A stretch of 64,000 nucleotides of DNA from Chrysomallon squamiferum (Eukaryota; Animalia; Mollusca), in contig CM022678.1 in NCBI GenBank assembly GCA_012295275.1, forward strand, positions 1,674,001 to 1,738,000. The letters run 5' to 3'. The notes under the pieces are model-generated. The model was not told the DNA's origin, ran no database searches, and saw only the letters and a list, made by a program, of their open reading frames with translations. The translations under genes were made by a program, and so were the position numbers. Below are positions 40,768 through 56,039 of this stretch, piece by piece. The first letter of the stretch is position 1, and each line of letters starts with the position of its first letter.

Positions 40768-41537
40768 CAACATTTCAGTGTTTATCAAGCTATCTACCTC
40801 ACCACTGTCAGATTCTTCATTTCAACATTTCAGTGTTTATCAAGCTATCTATCTCACCACTGTCAGATTCTTCATTTCAACATTTCAGTGTTTATCAAGC
40901 TATCTATCTCACTACTGTCAGATTCTTCATTTCAACATTTCAGTGTTTATCAAGCTATCTCACCACTGTCAGATTCTTCATTTCAACATTTCAGTGTTTA
41001 TCAAGCTATCTATCTCACCACTGTCAGATTCTTCATTTCAACATTTCAGTGTTTACCAAGCTATCTATCTCACCACTGTCAGATTCTTCATTTCAACATT
41101 TCAGTGTTTACCAAGCTATCTCACCACTGTCAGAGTCTTCATTTCAACATTTCAGTGTTTATCAAGCTATCTATCTCACCACTGTCCAGCTTCTTCATTT
41201 CAACATTTCAGTGTTTATCAAGCTATCTATCTCACCACTGTCAGCTTCTTCATTTCAACATTTCAGTGTTTATCAAGCTATCTCACCACTGTCAGATTCT
41301 TCATTTCAACATTTCAGTGTTTATCAAGCTATCTATCTCACCACTGTCCAGCTTCTTCATTTCAACATTTCAGTGTTTATCAAGCTATCTACCTCACCAC
41401 TGTCAGATTCTTCATTTCAACATTTCAGTGTTTATCAAGCTATCTATCTCACCACTGTCAGATTCTTCATTTCAACATTTCAGTGTTTATCAAGCTATCT
41501 ATCTCACCACTGTCCAGGTTTTTCATTTCAACATTTC
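40768..41537. repeat. 55-bp minisatellite, ~14 copies (51- and 56-bp variants)
   Basis: Unit caacatttcagtgtttatcaagctatctatctcaccactgtcagattcttcattt. Confidence 0.97.
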
Positions 41538-41630
41538 TCTACTCATGTTTCTGCTCTGTGTCTTTCTGCTGTGTGTAAGTCGTTGCTGTCTTTGTCTTAT
41601 TGCAATGTTGTTATGTGCATGTACACACAC

Positions 41631-41762
<132 letters not shown>

Positions 41763-42398
41763 CCTCCCTCCCTCCCTCTCTCTCATTTCTATGAAAAGAA
41801 AAGAAAAAAAATGACTGTTATGTTCCAGCATGTTGTTATGCCATCCATCTATTGTACAAGACTTATTGTTTTGTTGCTATGTTTAAGTCTGGTTGCTAGG
41901 TTTCTCATCTTGTTTCTATGCACCATTGTCTTGTTGCCATGCATGTCATGTTGCAATGTCTCATGGGAAGGAAAACAGCATTAGCTTCATAACCATACTG
42001 GAAGGAGTACTTAGCTCATCAAATGGCTTAATTCAGAAACTGAATTTGAAGAGGTTTTTTTTTAAATCTTTTTTGTTTCTCATCCCTTCAAGCAATATTC
42101 AGAACGCCATGTAATGAAATAAGGATTATTTTTCAAGAAAACTGAAACTGAAAAAACTTAATCTATGCAGCTGAGAGAGTGAAAAAATATGTATCAACTT
42201 CATGGTCCTTGCAGGCTCTTGAATGTTTAGGTTTTTTTACTTTTTCCATTTGACTGAAATTTCCTGAATACGTCATTACAGCTTTGTGTATCTGTCGTTC
42301 ATTTTTTCTAAAATTTACATTATGTAGAAACAAGTTTGTAATGAGCTTTTAAAATGAACACAGTAGTTACTACAAATTAGCTTTGATATTACTATTTC

Positions 42399-42429
<31 letters not shown>

Positions 42430-43891
42430 CAAAATAAAATATTTTAGATTTTTTTTACACTTTGTATTTATTGTTAATTTTATTTCTTTATTGTTTATTT
42501 GTTATTTATTTCTAGTTGTTTACAAAACTGACAATTTATAATGAAATAATTTTTGATTATTATTATTATATTTTTTATTTATTAATTTTTTTTTTTTTTT
42601 TTGATAACATTAAATTTTCTTATCATGTACAGACATTCAGAATTCTTTATTCACTTTTCTAAAAAAAATAAAATTAAAAAATCTTATAATAAAAATAAAC
42701 AAAGATTTAACAAGAACATTACGTTTTATTTCTTAATTAATTTGTATTACTGACTTACTCAATAAATTTAATTTACTTATATATAACATTACTTTCGCTA
42801 TGAATTATTGCTTTTATTATTCAAATTTTTATTCATGCAGTACATCAACTCATTATTCAAATGTTTATTTACTGCATAAAATCATTTATTCATTATTCAG
42901 TTTTGTTGACTGCAATATGAAATACCTATTGATTATTCGAAGTGGTTTTGTCTGCAATATACAGTTATCTTTTTTTCTTCAGTGGTTTTTAGTTTGTTTT
43001 TTTAACCCTGATTACGAGTATATTTTTCATTCTCCAAAAGTTTTTATTTACTTTTTACTCTATAACATCATCTATTTTATTAATAATTTTACTATTTTCA
43101 TGTTTATTTTATTTCTCTGATTTGTTTTATTGTTCTGTCTGTCTCATGCAATCACGATTTTTATTTTATTTTTTTTTTATTTTTATTTTTATTTTTATTT
43201 TTATTTTTTCCTACCTTATGCAATCATGATTCATTCTACAATTTTTATTTTTTATACTTTTTTTTTTACCCGTCATCAAAAGCAACATGAAATATCACTA
43301 AGACAGGTAAATATTGATCAGATTAGAACATCAGACAATGCCAATGTACTGGAACTGAGACGACAAAAAAAAAAAAAAAAAAAATTAAAAACCATTATAA
43401 TAATAATATAAAATAAAAATAAAATAAAAATAAAATAAAAATCAAGCAATGTGAAGAATTAAAAACATTACAAGCTAGGAATAAAATCAGACAACGAAAC
43501 AAATTGAGCTTCGCAAATTTGAAACGCGTGAACGATCGATGTAAAACAATTTAAAAAATAAAAAGATATAATTGAAAAAATACACAAAAAAAAAAATATT
43601 CAATCACTGAAAAATAATAAAAGTTCAAAATGTTGTAATTAGAAATTAATAATAAACAATTGAAAAATAAAAAATAATTAAAAGTTAATTAACTAACTAA
43701 AAATAAAATAAACGATTAAAGAATAAAATAAATCAATGAAAAATAATTTTAAAAGTAAAAATAAATAATCAAAAAATAAAAATAAATAACGCACTAAAAT
43801 GCAAAAAAATAAACACTTAAGGTTAAAGATAATAAATTAATTCAAAAAAATGTAATGTTTTTCTTTCTTATATTGACTGTAAATTAGAGGA

Positions 43892-43926
<35 letters not shown>

Positions 43927-43942
43927 ATAATAATAATAACAA

Positions 43943-44209
43943 TAGACTGAGAATCACTTATACAAAATGCTTGGGACTGGAGCTGTTATGGATTTTGGAA
44001 TATTTTAATTCTTTCAGCGCCTGATCAAATGTAAACATGAACTGAATCTGTGTTTCATATTCTACTTACACAACATCAGCAGCAGTTTTCATGTAATATT
44101 TTACTTAATTTTGTACATGAAATAAAGTTTGTGCAGGCAAAGCAATCCAAAGAATGTAAGATACCAGTATTTGTTCTGTTCCAAAACATTTAAGATTTCT
44201 GGATTTCAA
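43943..44209 (+). mobile_element. Degenerate pogo/Tigger-type non-autonomous DNA transposon resembling Tigger4/Zombi (MER46)
   Basis: Start tagactgagaatcacttatacaaaatgcttgggactggagctgttatggattttggaatattt and internal tgtttcatat...aattttgtacatgaaataaagttt resemble, from memory, the Tigger4/MER46 consensus; decayed inverted copy ttctgttccaaaacatttaagat at the right end. No database search was run. Confidence 0.6.
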
Positions 44210-44252
<43 letters not shown>

Positions 44253-44680
44253 AATGTGTGTGTTAATAATTAACAAAAAAAAAAAAATAATAATAAATAA
44301 TTAAAAACAAAACAAAAAAAAAAAAAAACAAAAATAACAACAAAAAAATAGAACCCCAAAACCCAAACAAACAAAAACACACCCCAAAACCCAAACAAAA
44401 ACGTATACTTATCAAGTATGCACGTGTGTATATATACATGTTTTTGTATGAGTACATGTGTGTGTACAATGTATACTTGTATCACTGCATACATTAAAGA
44501 GCCTGAGGTGTGTTCAGTCAAACTAACAGAATTAAGTGATAACTTTGTGGTCACATTAAATTTGCCAGACAACCTCACGTTAATGGGTGACAGACTAATA
44601 AAATCACAACACACGTCAAGCCTGGAAACAGTAACAGAGTGAAGTACCAGTATAGATGAGCATTTAGTAACAGCTGTGAA

Positions 44681-45358
44681 TAGTACCAGTGTAGTTGTGA
44701 TGTTAGTACTAGTGTAGTTGTGATGTTAGTACCAGTCTAGATGAACACTGAGTAACAGCTGTGAATAGTACCAGTGTAGTTGTGATGTTAGTACCAGTGT
44801 AGTTGTGATGTTAGTACCAGTATAGTTGTGATGTTAGTACTAGTTTAGTTGTGATGTTAGTACCAGTGTAGTTGTGATGTTAGTACCAGTATAGTTGTGA
44901 TGTTAGTACTAGTTTAGTTGTGATGTTAGTACCAGTATAGTTGTGATGTTAGTACCAGTGCAGTTGTGATGTTAGTACCAGTATAGTTGTGATGTTAGTA
45001 CTAGTTTAGTTGTGATGTTAGTGTAGTTGTGATGTTAGTACCAGTCTAGTTGTGATGTTAGTACCAGTGTAGTTGTGATGCTAGTACCAGTGTAGTGGTG
45101 ATGTTAGTACAAGTGTAGTTGTGATGTTAGAACTAGTGTAGTTGTGATGTTAGTACCAGTATAGTTGTGATGTTAGTACCAGTGTAGTTGTGATGTTAGT
45201 ACCAGTATAGTTGTGATGTTAGTACCAGTATAGTTGTGATGTTAGTACTAGTATAGTTGTGATGTTAGCACCAGTATAGTTGTGATGTTAGTACTAGTAT
45301 AGTTGTGATGTTAGTACCAGTATAGTTGTGATTTTAGTATATTTGTGATGCTAGTACT
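44681..45358. repeat. 23-bp minisatellite, ~27 copies
   Basis: Unit tagttgtgatgttagtacYagtR. Confidence 0.95.
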
Positions 45359-45690
45359 GGTAAATTTGTTCCTAAGAGTTCACACTTAATTCTCTGACTT
45401 AAACAAGACATAGTAATCTAGTTATCTTTCCATGTAGTTCAGTTTCAAAGATTTTTTTGATTTTCTTAAATGGAGAAATGTTTTGTATAGTTACGTATAT
45501 ATTTTTTATATTATGATTTGGTGTTTTTTGGTTAATTGTTTTAAAGATTTTTATTTATTTTTCTGATTGGTGTTTATTTATTATAGAAATTTATTATTAT
45601 TAAGATTATTATTATCATATACATAGTGAACATGCAATGTATATTAATAATCTAAATGATACAAACCAATAAAGCAGTTGAAAATATTTG

Positions 45691-45730
<40 letters not shown>

Positions 45731-46494
45731 TGTCTAACACCAAATTCTATCCTGTATAATTACAATTCAAAACAAATTCCTACAAATCTGTTCATACTGA
45801 TTCAGATTATTATTTTGCTTCTACGAAGATATTAAAACAATGTCCACTTCAAACAGTGTGGTGGTCAGTGTGCACTTTCCCATGGTCATTACGTCCACTG
45901 GGCAGTGTCCAGTGGTGTTAATTATATCTGAAGAAATGGCTGCAGGGTGCTGGTGTCTGGCTTCAGAACTGTCAGACCTGACTGAGCTGATGTTTTAACA
46001 CCACAATAAATGTTTAATCACATTTTCTGTAATTACTATTCATATTTCTGTTTCATGTTTAGTAATAAAGTTTGAAATAATAATACAGATTAGTAAATAA
46101 ATTAGGATGTTAGTAATTTATGCATGTCTGTGTCTGCGTGTCTGTGTGTCTGTGTGTTTTTGTGTGAAAGTATGAAAATGGATTTGCAAGGATGAAACTG
46201 GATGCATGTAAATGTCTAATATATCAGGCCATACATACAAATGTTAATACATATATATATATGCTTATATATATATACAAATGTACAGTACACATATGTA
46301 TACATAAACATTCACAGAAAATACACTACACTGCACACACACACACACACAGACAGAGGTATATACAGGCATAACAAATGCACCAAACATTCATGGACAG
46401 ACACAGACAGACACACACAGATGTACATATACACAGACAAAGCACTTTTTTCTGCAGACTTAAAGGGTTTCTTATTAGACGTCTGCCTGGAAAC

Positions 46495-46543
46495 ATAATA
46501 ACAATAACAATAATAATAACAATAATAATAATAATATTGATAG

Positions 46544-46575
<32 letters not shown>

Positions 46576-46617
46576 GAAATAATAGTAATTATAGTAATAA
46601 TAATAATGATAATAATG

Positions 46618-46649
<32 letters not shown>

Positions 46650-46680
46650 GATAATAATAATAATGATAATGATAATAATT
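46495..46680. repeat. (TAA/TGA)n trinucleotide microsatellite
   Basis: Imperfect trinucleotide run; source of the poly-I/Y/H ORFs. Confidence 0.9.
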
Positions 46681-47107
46681 GTTACCCAAGGATGAGATGA
46701 GAATGGGAAACACAAAAGAATCATGTAGCAATTAAGAAAGAAGTGAACGAGTGCTTTTGCTTATTGATTCGTCACCAGACGCAATGCAAGTTTACTAAGT
46801 TCAGCGAATCGATCTGGTAGATTATTTCATAAACAAAACAGCTTATTCTGGGTATCAGAAGGCTAAGAGGCATTGTGAAATGAGAAACATTATTATTTTT
46901 CTGAAAGGCCTTTTGTGAGTTCATTTGTGAGTTCATTTGTTCATTTGAGTTCAGTTGTGAGCTGATTTGTGAAAAGATGGAAGGGAGGGGTTGAAGAGTT
47001 AAAGGGTGATTTGTTGTTTCTGGTAAATTAATGGCAGAGGTGTTTTTTTGGTTGATCAAGCAATTGGGTTAAATTTGTGGTTTATATGTGTGTTCTTGTG
47101 TGTGTTC

Positions 47108-47155
<48 letters not shown>

Positions 47156-47502
47156 GTATTTGTATGTGTATATGTGTTTGTGTGTATATACATAAATGTT
47201 TGTGAATGAATGAATGAATAAATGTTTGAACCAGCACACAAGATATATCAGGTATTGGATATTGAAGAAAATTAAATACACCAAAATGGTTAACATCCTC
47301 TGTTTAAAAACTCAAAACCAAAATCAATCAAAACATAGTGCAAAGAGCTGTGCAGAAAGACAACTGTTGTCACTACTATTATCATTATTATTATTATTAT
47401 TATTAATATTGTTGTTGTTGTCATTGTTGTGCAGAAAGTATCACACTATATATATATTTATTTAAATTCATAGTTATAGCAACATTCTGTAACTCTCACA
47501 AG

Positions 47503-47588
<86 letters not shown>

Positions 47589-48443
47589 AAGTTGACACGT
47601 ATTGATATAAAGTATTGTTTAATCATTGTAACATGTCAGAGGGACTGTAATCAGAAGATACTGAGTACTGACAAAGAGTACAAAGGATTCTGTAGGAGGT
47701 CAAATATTAATCATTGTCTATTGTGTATGATAATTTCACATAATGTGTGACACCTATCAACTGGAATTAGAACAGGTATATTGTGTGTGTGTGTGTGTGT
47801 GTGTGTGTGAGTGTGTGTCTGTGTGTGTGTATGTGTGAGTGTGTGTGTGTGTTGTGTGAGTGTGTGTGTGTGCATAGAATATGTATGTGCCTGTGTGTGT
47901 ATGTGTGATCTGTGGTGTGTGTGTGTGTGTGTATACTATTACATGGATGTGGATGTGTTATTGTGGATGTATCATTGTAGGCATGAGCCATACATAAAAG
48001 TTACTAAAACCAGAAAGTTTGATGCTGATCTTTTTGTTTACTTATTTTTTCTTATTTTCTTTTCCATTTTTTTTTTCCATTTTCTTTTTTTTTTTCTTTT
48101 TTTTCAAAAATGAAACAAAGAAATAGAAATGTTTTGTAGTTACTATACTTGCATAATTTATGTCTTTTCACAAACTGTTTTTTCTGTTTTTTAAACAATT
48201 GAATATGATCTCTAGGGAAGATCAAAAGCAATTGAATTTACAAAACAACATTAAAAAATATAAAAAACAAAAACAAAAAAAAAAACCAAACAAAACCTGA
48301 TAAGAATATATAATATTAAAAACATAAAAAAGTATCAATAGCTTTTAGTTTCCTTCATGATACATTAAAATAAAATAAAATAAATAAATCTAAAATTTAA
48401 ATTTATATTTTATAAATTGAAAAACACTGTGTATGTGGACTGT

Positions 48444-48511
<68 letters not shown>

Positions 48512-51500
48512 GGGAGGGAGGGAGGGAAAAAGAAGGAAATTATATACAGAGAAGACAGAAGACAGACAAAGACCGACAATCAAACTTAGATAGAAATTAG
48601 CATTCATTACTGTTTGAAATCAGCGAGAGTGAAATATCTACACAACAAAACATTTATAAAAGATTAAGTGTAAATAATGGACTCATTAGCAGAAAAGTCC
48701 CCTGGAAGGCTGAACAAAGAACTGAGTTCAGACTGTAGAATATTCATGAGATTTTAATCTACCTCCACTGCATGCACCAGTAACGTAGCTAGAGAGACAG
48801 ACACACACGCACGCAGACAAACAAACACACACAAACTAATACTTACATACACATATACTTGTATGTATTTCTTATGTTTGCAAAATGAAACTGTTACAAC
48901 TGTTGGCATTACTATTATTATTATTATTATTATTGTCATTGTTGTTGTTGTTGTTTGTTGTTGTTGTTTCTGATCTTTGTTATTGTTTTTTTTTATTTTT
49001 AATAAAAAATTATTTAATGAAATTTTTGTTATTTACTTATGCTCATCATCCCTCCTTGGGACATAGGCTGCTGACAAATTACATTTTAGAAAATAAAAAA
49101 AGTGACAACAACAAAATTTTCATTTAGTTTCCTTAATTAAAGAACCTCTGAATGATAGCAATAAAAAACATTCACCAGACTTTAATTTATTTTGAAAAAA
49201 ACAACAACCACAACAATAAGTAAATAAAAAAAAAGTTATAAAATACTCAATAATTTCCTAAATTTCATTTCAGTAATATAAAACATTTCCAAGACTTTAA
49301 ACTATTTTGTAAAAAGACAGTAATAATAGGGAGAAAAATGAAAAAAAATAAACCAATAAAAAATTAAAGAAATAAAATATTAACAACTGTAAAAATTCCC
49401 TGATGATGTCCACAGTGAAATAGAAAGAAGAAAAATTTCATTAAAGTTGTAGATAATGTTTGTGACATTTCTCTTGAGAGTTAATTACAAACAAGCAGTC
49501 AGAAAAACTGCCAGTCAACTTTTATTTGCTTTTGTTTCGATCTTTTTAAAGTCATATACATATATATGTCAGGGTTTTATTTATTAAGTTTTATTTGGGG
49601 TTTTTTCAATATTTTTAAAGTTTTATATATATATATTTTTTTATTCATTAAGTTTTATTTGCTTTTTTCTTAATTTTTAAGTTTTTATATATATGTTGTT
49701 TTTTTTTTTTCATTAAGTTTCATTTTTATCAATTACTTTTTAAATTATGTTTTAAGTTTTTGTTTTTGTCTTAAAATGTTAAATGTTTTTCATTTCTTTT
49801 TACATCAATTTTTAAGTTATTGTTTTTGTCCTATAATTTTTTATTTTATTATTTTTTCTTCTTTTTATAAATTATGTTTTAAATTATTATTTTTGTCTTG
49901 AAATTTTAACATTTTTTGGTTTTGTTTTGTTTTGTTATTGTTTCTGTCTTAATTTTTAAATATTTATTATTTATTTATTTACTTTTTTATTATTACATTC
50001 ATGTTTGTGTGTGTGTGTGTGTCAGTGTGTGTGTATGGTGTTCTTGTTATTAAGTTTTAGAAATTTATTTTTTATTAATTAAACATTTTTCTTTTTTTTT
50101 TAATTTGTAAAACATTATTTGTTACGTGTTAGTCTTCTTATTAAGTTTTAAAAATTTGTTTTATTCATTATTAAAAGTCTTTCTTTTTTCTTCAACTTTT
50201 TTCTTTTATTTTGTTTTGCATTAACTTTCAGAATAACTGTTTCACCATTTCCCAATCCGATCACATCTCCACTTCTCAATTCTCAAAATCTGTATTAAAG
50301 TTTTAAAGAGAATCATTCCACTATACAGAAATAAGTAATTTTTAAATATTTTTTTAACAAGAGACAAGCAACTGACAAGGGTTGATCTTGTTTCCTATCA
50401 CATCCAAAACCCACACTGACACAACCTTTTCTCAGAACTGCTAAAACTTGCAGTTATAAAAGAGAATCGATGGCTAACAAGAAACACACTGACATCACAA
50501 CCAGATCTGTTCAGTTTAAAAAAAAAAAAAAAAAAAACACTCTCACAAATTAAAGGCAGTCAGTCAGGCATTTTCACACAACTGGCCCATGAAGAGCTCT
50601 TCCCTGCCATGTTCCAACCATCACCTTTAAATCCTCAGTGAGGAATCACACTTTCCACTGGGACAAATCACGCAGTTTATTGACCAAAACTCAAACCATG
50701 TGGGCAAGAACCAACCCAGTTATCTGAGGAGCTCATTAAAGAAAGATTTCTGCAGACAGACTTTGGAAATTCAGCCAGTAAATTACTAAATGACACAGCT
50801 CTCTATTGTCCAGTTGCGACAGCCACAGTCCACTCTTTCTGACCATGGTGGACGACGCAGTGGTGATTACAGACATACCAGCTGAGCTGTAATGATGTTT
50901 GTTGTAATTATGTTAGTAAGTAACACAGGATGAGAACACGCTAAGTGTTGAACATTATTAGATACTCGTTAATTAACAATAATTATAATAATTATAAAAT
51001 TATAATAATCATAATAATCATGATGATGATGATGATGTTGATGATGATGTAAGCAATAATAGAAAGACGTTAAATAACAATGATAATAATAATACAATAA
51101 TAATTATAAAATTATAATGATTACAATGATGATGAAAGTAATAATAGAAAGAAGTTAAATAACAATAATAATACTTATAAATAATAATGAAATTAATAAT
51201 AGAAAGAAAAAGAAGAACATAAACAACAACAGAAATAATAATTCAGTTCTGTCCAATGTTCCTCCATTCCATCCAAAATATTTTCTTTAAAATAAATAAA
51301 TAAATAAAATTTATAAAATAATTTCCATATTATTCTCCATGACAAATGTGAAGCCAATGCACTTCCTGAATAAATTCTGAATTATATGACAGAAAAAAAA
51401 TTAAATAAATAAATAAATAAATAAAATAAAAAATATTATGATATAAAAATTAGGATAGAAGACATCTATAACAAAAACCTGACTCCCATTATGAAACATA

Positions 51501-51754
51501 CCAGTAACTTTTACATTTTTAATACCAAAAACATCTGAAAAAAGAAGAAGGAAAAGGGCATCATGTCTTCATATCTCCTGTTTCAAGACGAAGCGAGAGT
51601 TTCTCTGGTAAATACACATGATGTCACAAAAGACATTTTAAGAAATATATTGCTGTTTGGATCTACATGGCTACCTGGGGACATACTCTTTCTTTATCAC
51701 TTGTATATATGAATAAAATAAAACACTTTCTATAGCAAGTTAGACCACATGTTA

Positions 51755-51808
<54 letters not shown>

Positions 51809-52780
51809 CTGGATGCACATGTATGTATGTTAATAGATTACAAGTTAATAAATAAATAAATAAATGAAATACAAAAATAAAATAAAATAAAATAAATGTA
51901 TTTATTAAAAAATAAATAATAATAAATAAATTAATAAATAAATAAGTAATATATTAAAAATAATGTATAAATTACTAAACAAAAAAAAATATAAAAAAAA
52001 AAAAAAAAAAAATTATAGCACATAAATAAACATAAATTAAAAATAAGAATTTACAAAAATTCAAATCATATTAGTTCACCATTTTTTCCTATATTTAATT
52101 TAATTTTTTTTTTTTTTTGAAATTATTAGTCTTTGTAAAAAGTGAATTTTATATTTTGCCTTAAATTAATTGCTTTTCTTCTCAAAGATTTCATTAAAAA
52201 AAAAAAAATAATAATAATAATAAAAATAAAAATAAAAAACAAATTGGAAAAAACGCAAACCAGAATTAGGTTTTCTTATTGGCAAATAAGAAAATTTAAA
52301 AAAAAAAAAAATGAGAAGATTTCCGTTACCCTTTCAATTGATATTGCAAACAGAAATGCTTGTTCGAGGATGAACCATTTTGGCGCCACTCTGGAAGCGC
52401 TGACAGAAGGGGTGAATAAATAATACCTTTTAAATAATATCAAGTCACTTGCAGGAAGCCATTTCTCAAAGCCAACACATTTAGTTAATGTAGCAGCTCT
52501 TACAAGACAGCTGATCAATGTAACAATGTTTCCAGCCATGATTTTTCTTCCCAAATAAGAAAAAAAAAAAAAAAAAAAAAAAGAAATAGAATAACTTTTT
52601 TTGGTTTAATTTTTGAAAGTTATATAAAAAAAAAAAAAAAAAAAAAGATGCTGTAGTAATCTGACTACAAAACTGCTAATAAAGTTAATTCTACTCAAGT
52701 TTTTGAGCAGCTCACACAAAAAAATTGAGCAGCCTCTAACATGATTAGAACTGAGACCTCAGAACTAAACTGACTAAATC

Positions 52781-53182
52781 ATGATTTGACTAGAGAACAG
52801 AGCTTATTTGACTAGAGAGTACAGCTTATATGAATACAAGTATAGAGCGTATCTGAATGCAAGCAGAGCTGATTTGACTAGAGAATAGAGGTTATCTGAG
52901 TACAAGCAGAGGTTATTTGACTAGAGAATAGAGGTTATCTGAGTACAAGCAGAGGTTATTTGACTAGAGAATAGAGGTTATCTGAGTACAAGCAGAGAGC
53001 TGATCTGGCTAGAGAACAGAGCTGATCTGAATACAAGCAGAGAGCTGATCTGGCTAGAGAACAGAGCTGATCTGACTACCAGAGAGAGCTGATTTGACTA
53101 GAGCAGAACGACTAGAGCAGGGAATAGAGCTGATCTGACACCAGAGAGAGCTGACTAGAGCAGAACGACTAGAGCAGGGAGC
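52781..53182. repeat. Degenerate ~22-bp repeat with ~44-46-bp dimers
   Basis: gagctgatYtgactagagaaYa alternating with gaggttatctgagtacaagca. Confidence 0.85.
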
Positions 53183-55365
53183 ACAGCTGCGGTGACTCAG
53201 TTCAGAGAAGAGGTGTCAGTTACACTGCTTTACAAAAGACATCTGTAATTACCTTCCTGTAAGTGAGAAGGAAAATATAAATTACCACTTACTGCTAATT
53301 GAAAAAGAATAGTCCATGTGCTTTAATGAGCGAGTCAGCTGTGATGTTCTGAACAAAATGCGTGATATCACATACCAAAAGACTTAAGATATTTAATATG
53401 TGTATTGTTGTTTCTTCTGACTGGTAATACTGACATCCACAAGCTAAATAAAAAATTGATTTTATAATTATAGTTTAATATGAAATATAATTTGATATTA
53501 CAGTCTGTGCTATAAAATTATATAAATTTATAAAATTTATAAAAAAAAATTAAAAGAAAAAAAAAATATCTATTATATAATTTTTAACTCCAAAATTTGT
53601 TACTGTTCTTTTAATAGAGGTTTTTGCAGAAGATTTGTTTATTTATTTATTCATTTATTTATTTGAAATATCTCATATTCAAATCATTAAATTTTTAAGA
53701 CATTTTATCTGCATTTATCAAGACATTTCATTTTTATTATCTTGACATTTTTCCATTCACTTCTTTTCGACATCTTTTTTTCGTTATTTAAATCATTCTG
53801 AGAACTCAATGTTTTCCTAATAAATTATTTTTTCATAGGCAATTTACGCTTGTGTGGATTCTGTTCACACTTGGATGGTTTTGGTTTCAAGCTAAAACTG
53901 CACTGACATTCTCAAATGTACATTCTTGATGGAAGATGACAAGAGTGATATAGATTAACTGTAGATACACAAAGATCATTCCTGATCAAACTGCAGCTAC
54001 ATAATTACGTTATTCACACAAAGCTAGCCTTGTAAACAACTGTCCTGAGCTGAGAAAACACGAATAAATCAAATAAATGAAAAAATAAAACATGAATGAA
54101 CTGAAATGAAATGAAAAACAACAACACCACCCATCATCACTGAAGCCATTGAAGTTACGAACATGATAAAAGCTTTAATTCTTTTTTTTATTCTTCTTCA
54201 TTTTAGTTTTTTATTCATTTTTTTAAAATTTTTTCTCGTTCTTCTTTATTTTTTTTTTTTTTTTTATTCTCCTTTTTTTCTTTTTTTTTATTTTTTTTTT
54301 TTTTTTTTTTTTTTTATTATTTTTTTTTTTTTTTTTTTTTTTTATTTTTTTTTTTTTTTTTTTTTTTGGAAAAAGTTCAAAAAAAAAAAAAAAAATAAAT
54401 TTTTCTTATTCCAAATGGAAAGACATTTGTTAAAAATGTGTTATTGACAAATTTTTTCAAGCATGACAATGAAACATCAATTAAATTAAATTTGGCAAAT
54501 CTGAGGAAGTTTTAGTCAAAGCCGTTATTACACAAGATGTATTCGTGATAACAAATCACTTTTCTCGTAATGCATACTGTCAACTGATGATTTTACTTTT
54601 TATCTCAATCTTCCATTTCATCTCTCTCTTTCTCCTCTGTCTTTCTTCATCTCTATCTTTCCTTTTCTCTTTCTTACTATCATTTCTACATTTCTTTCTA
54701 TCTAATCTCTTCACCCACATAAACTTTCTCTCTCTTTTTTCTTTTTCTCTCTGTAGCATTCTTTCACCCTCGGTTTCTTTGAAAATCTGTGTACATTTGT
54801 GAGAATGCATTTGTGCATGTATCCATACAGAACTAAACTAACAGACAAGCTAAGAAAAATAAAAATTTCTTACAAGCTAAGAAAAATTAAATTTCTCACA
54901 AGTTTTCTAAGAAAAAGAAATTTTCTTACAAACTAACAAAATAAAATTTTCTCAGAAGATAACTAACAAAAGAAATTTTCTTAGAAACCACTAAGAAAAG
55001 CAAATGATGTACACCAGTGATATTTCACTGGAGAATTCAGTCAGGTAATAACTGTCTGCAGATCTCTCACCCTGGAGAAAAAAATTAAAATCATTTTCTC
55101 TTTCTCCTGACCTCTTCGTTAGTCAGTGGTCATGCAATGGCTGACCGTGGTCAGTTCACTGACCAATGGCTATCCATCACTGACTGTCTGGCTTTGTGAA
55201 AAAACCATCAACACTAATAAAATATGATTAATATCACACACCCAGTTATTAAATTAATAAACGCTTATTGAATAATATAAGAGTTGCTTCATTGTGAATT
55301 TTCTCATTAAGTTCTCTTACAGATATTTTATTAGATAATAAATTTAATTTAAAATATCTAATAAC

Positions 55366-55410
<45 letters not shown>

Positions 55411-55576
55411 TTATATTCAGTTATTAGTTTTTTAACTGAATTTATTACCTTATTTGTTTTATTATATTTATTATTAACTTTTCATATACATTATTAAATT
55501 TATTATCATTTTGTTTTAATTATATTAATAAACAGTTGTTTCATATTTTATTTCTTACTAACTTCTTTTTTTGATA

Positions 55577-55646
<70 letters not shown>

Positions 55647-56039
55647 TTAATTAATAAATACTTTTGAAATTATTTCTAGAAGGCTGTTGATGTGGGCTGC
55701 ATATTCTAGCAAATATCTTTGTAAATCTGTTATATTTGTGTGTGTATGAATGTATCATGTATGCATTTTATATATTACTGAGAATGTATTCTATGCATAC
55801 ATTTGTATTTTATATATATATAGATGCATGTGTGCATGTGTGCATTTGTACATGTATGCATGGAAATGTACATGCATGTACACAAGCATATATGTTCATG
55901 GATTTTGTATTAGCTATGATTTTGTTTTATCAAAATTCTTTTCACAGTATTGATCAGCTGCAAACACTTTACTCTGTCTAAACAAATGGAAATCAATAAC
56001 TTTCTCCTGTAATCTGTTAATTAAATGTGGACAAATTAA

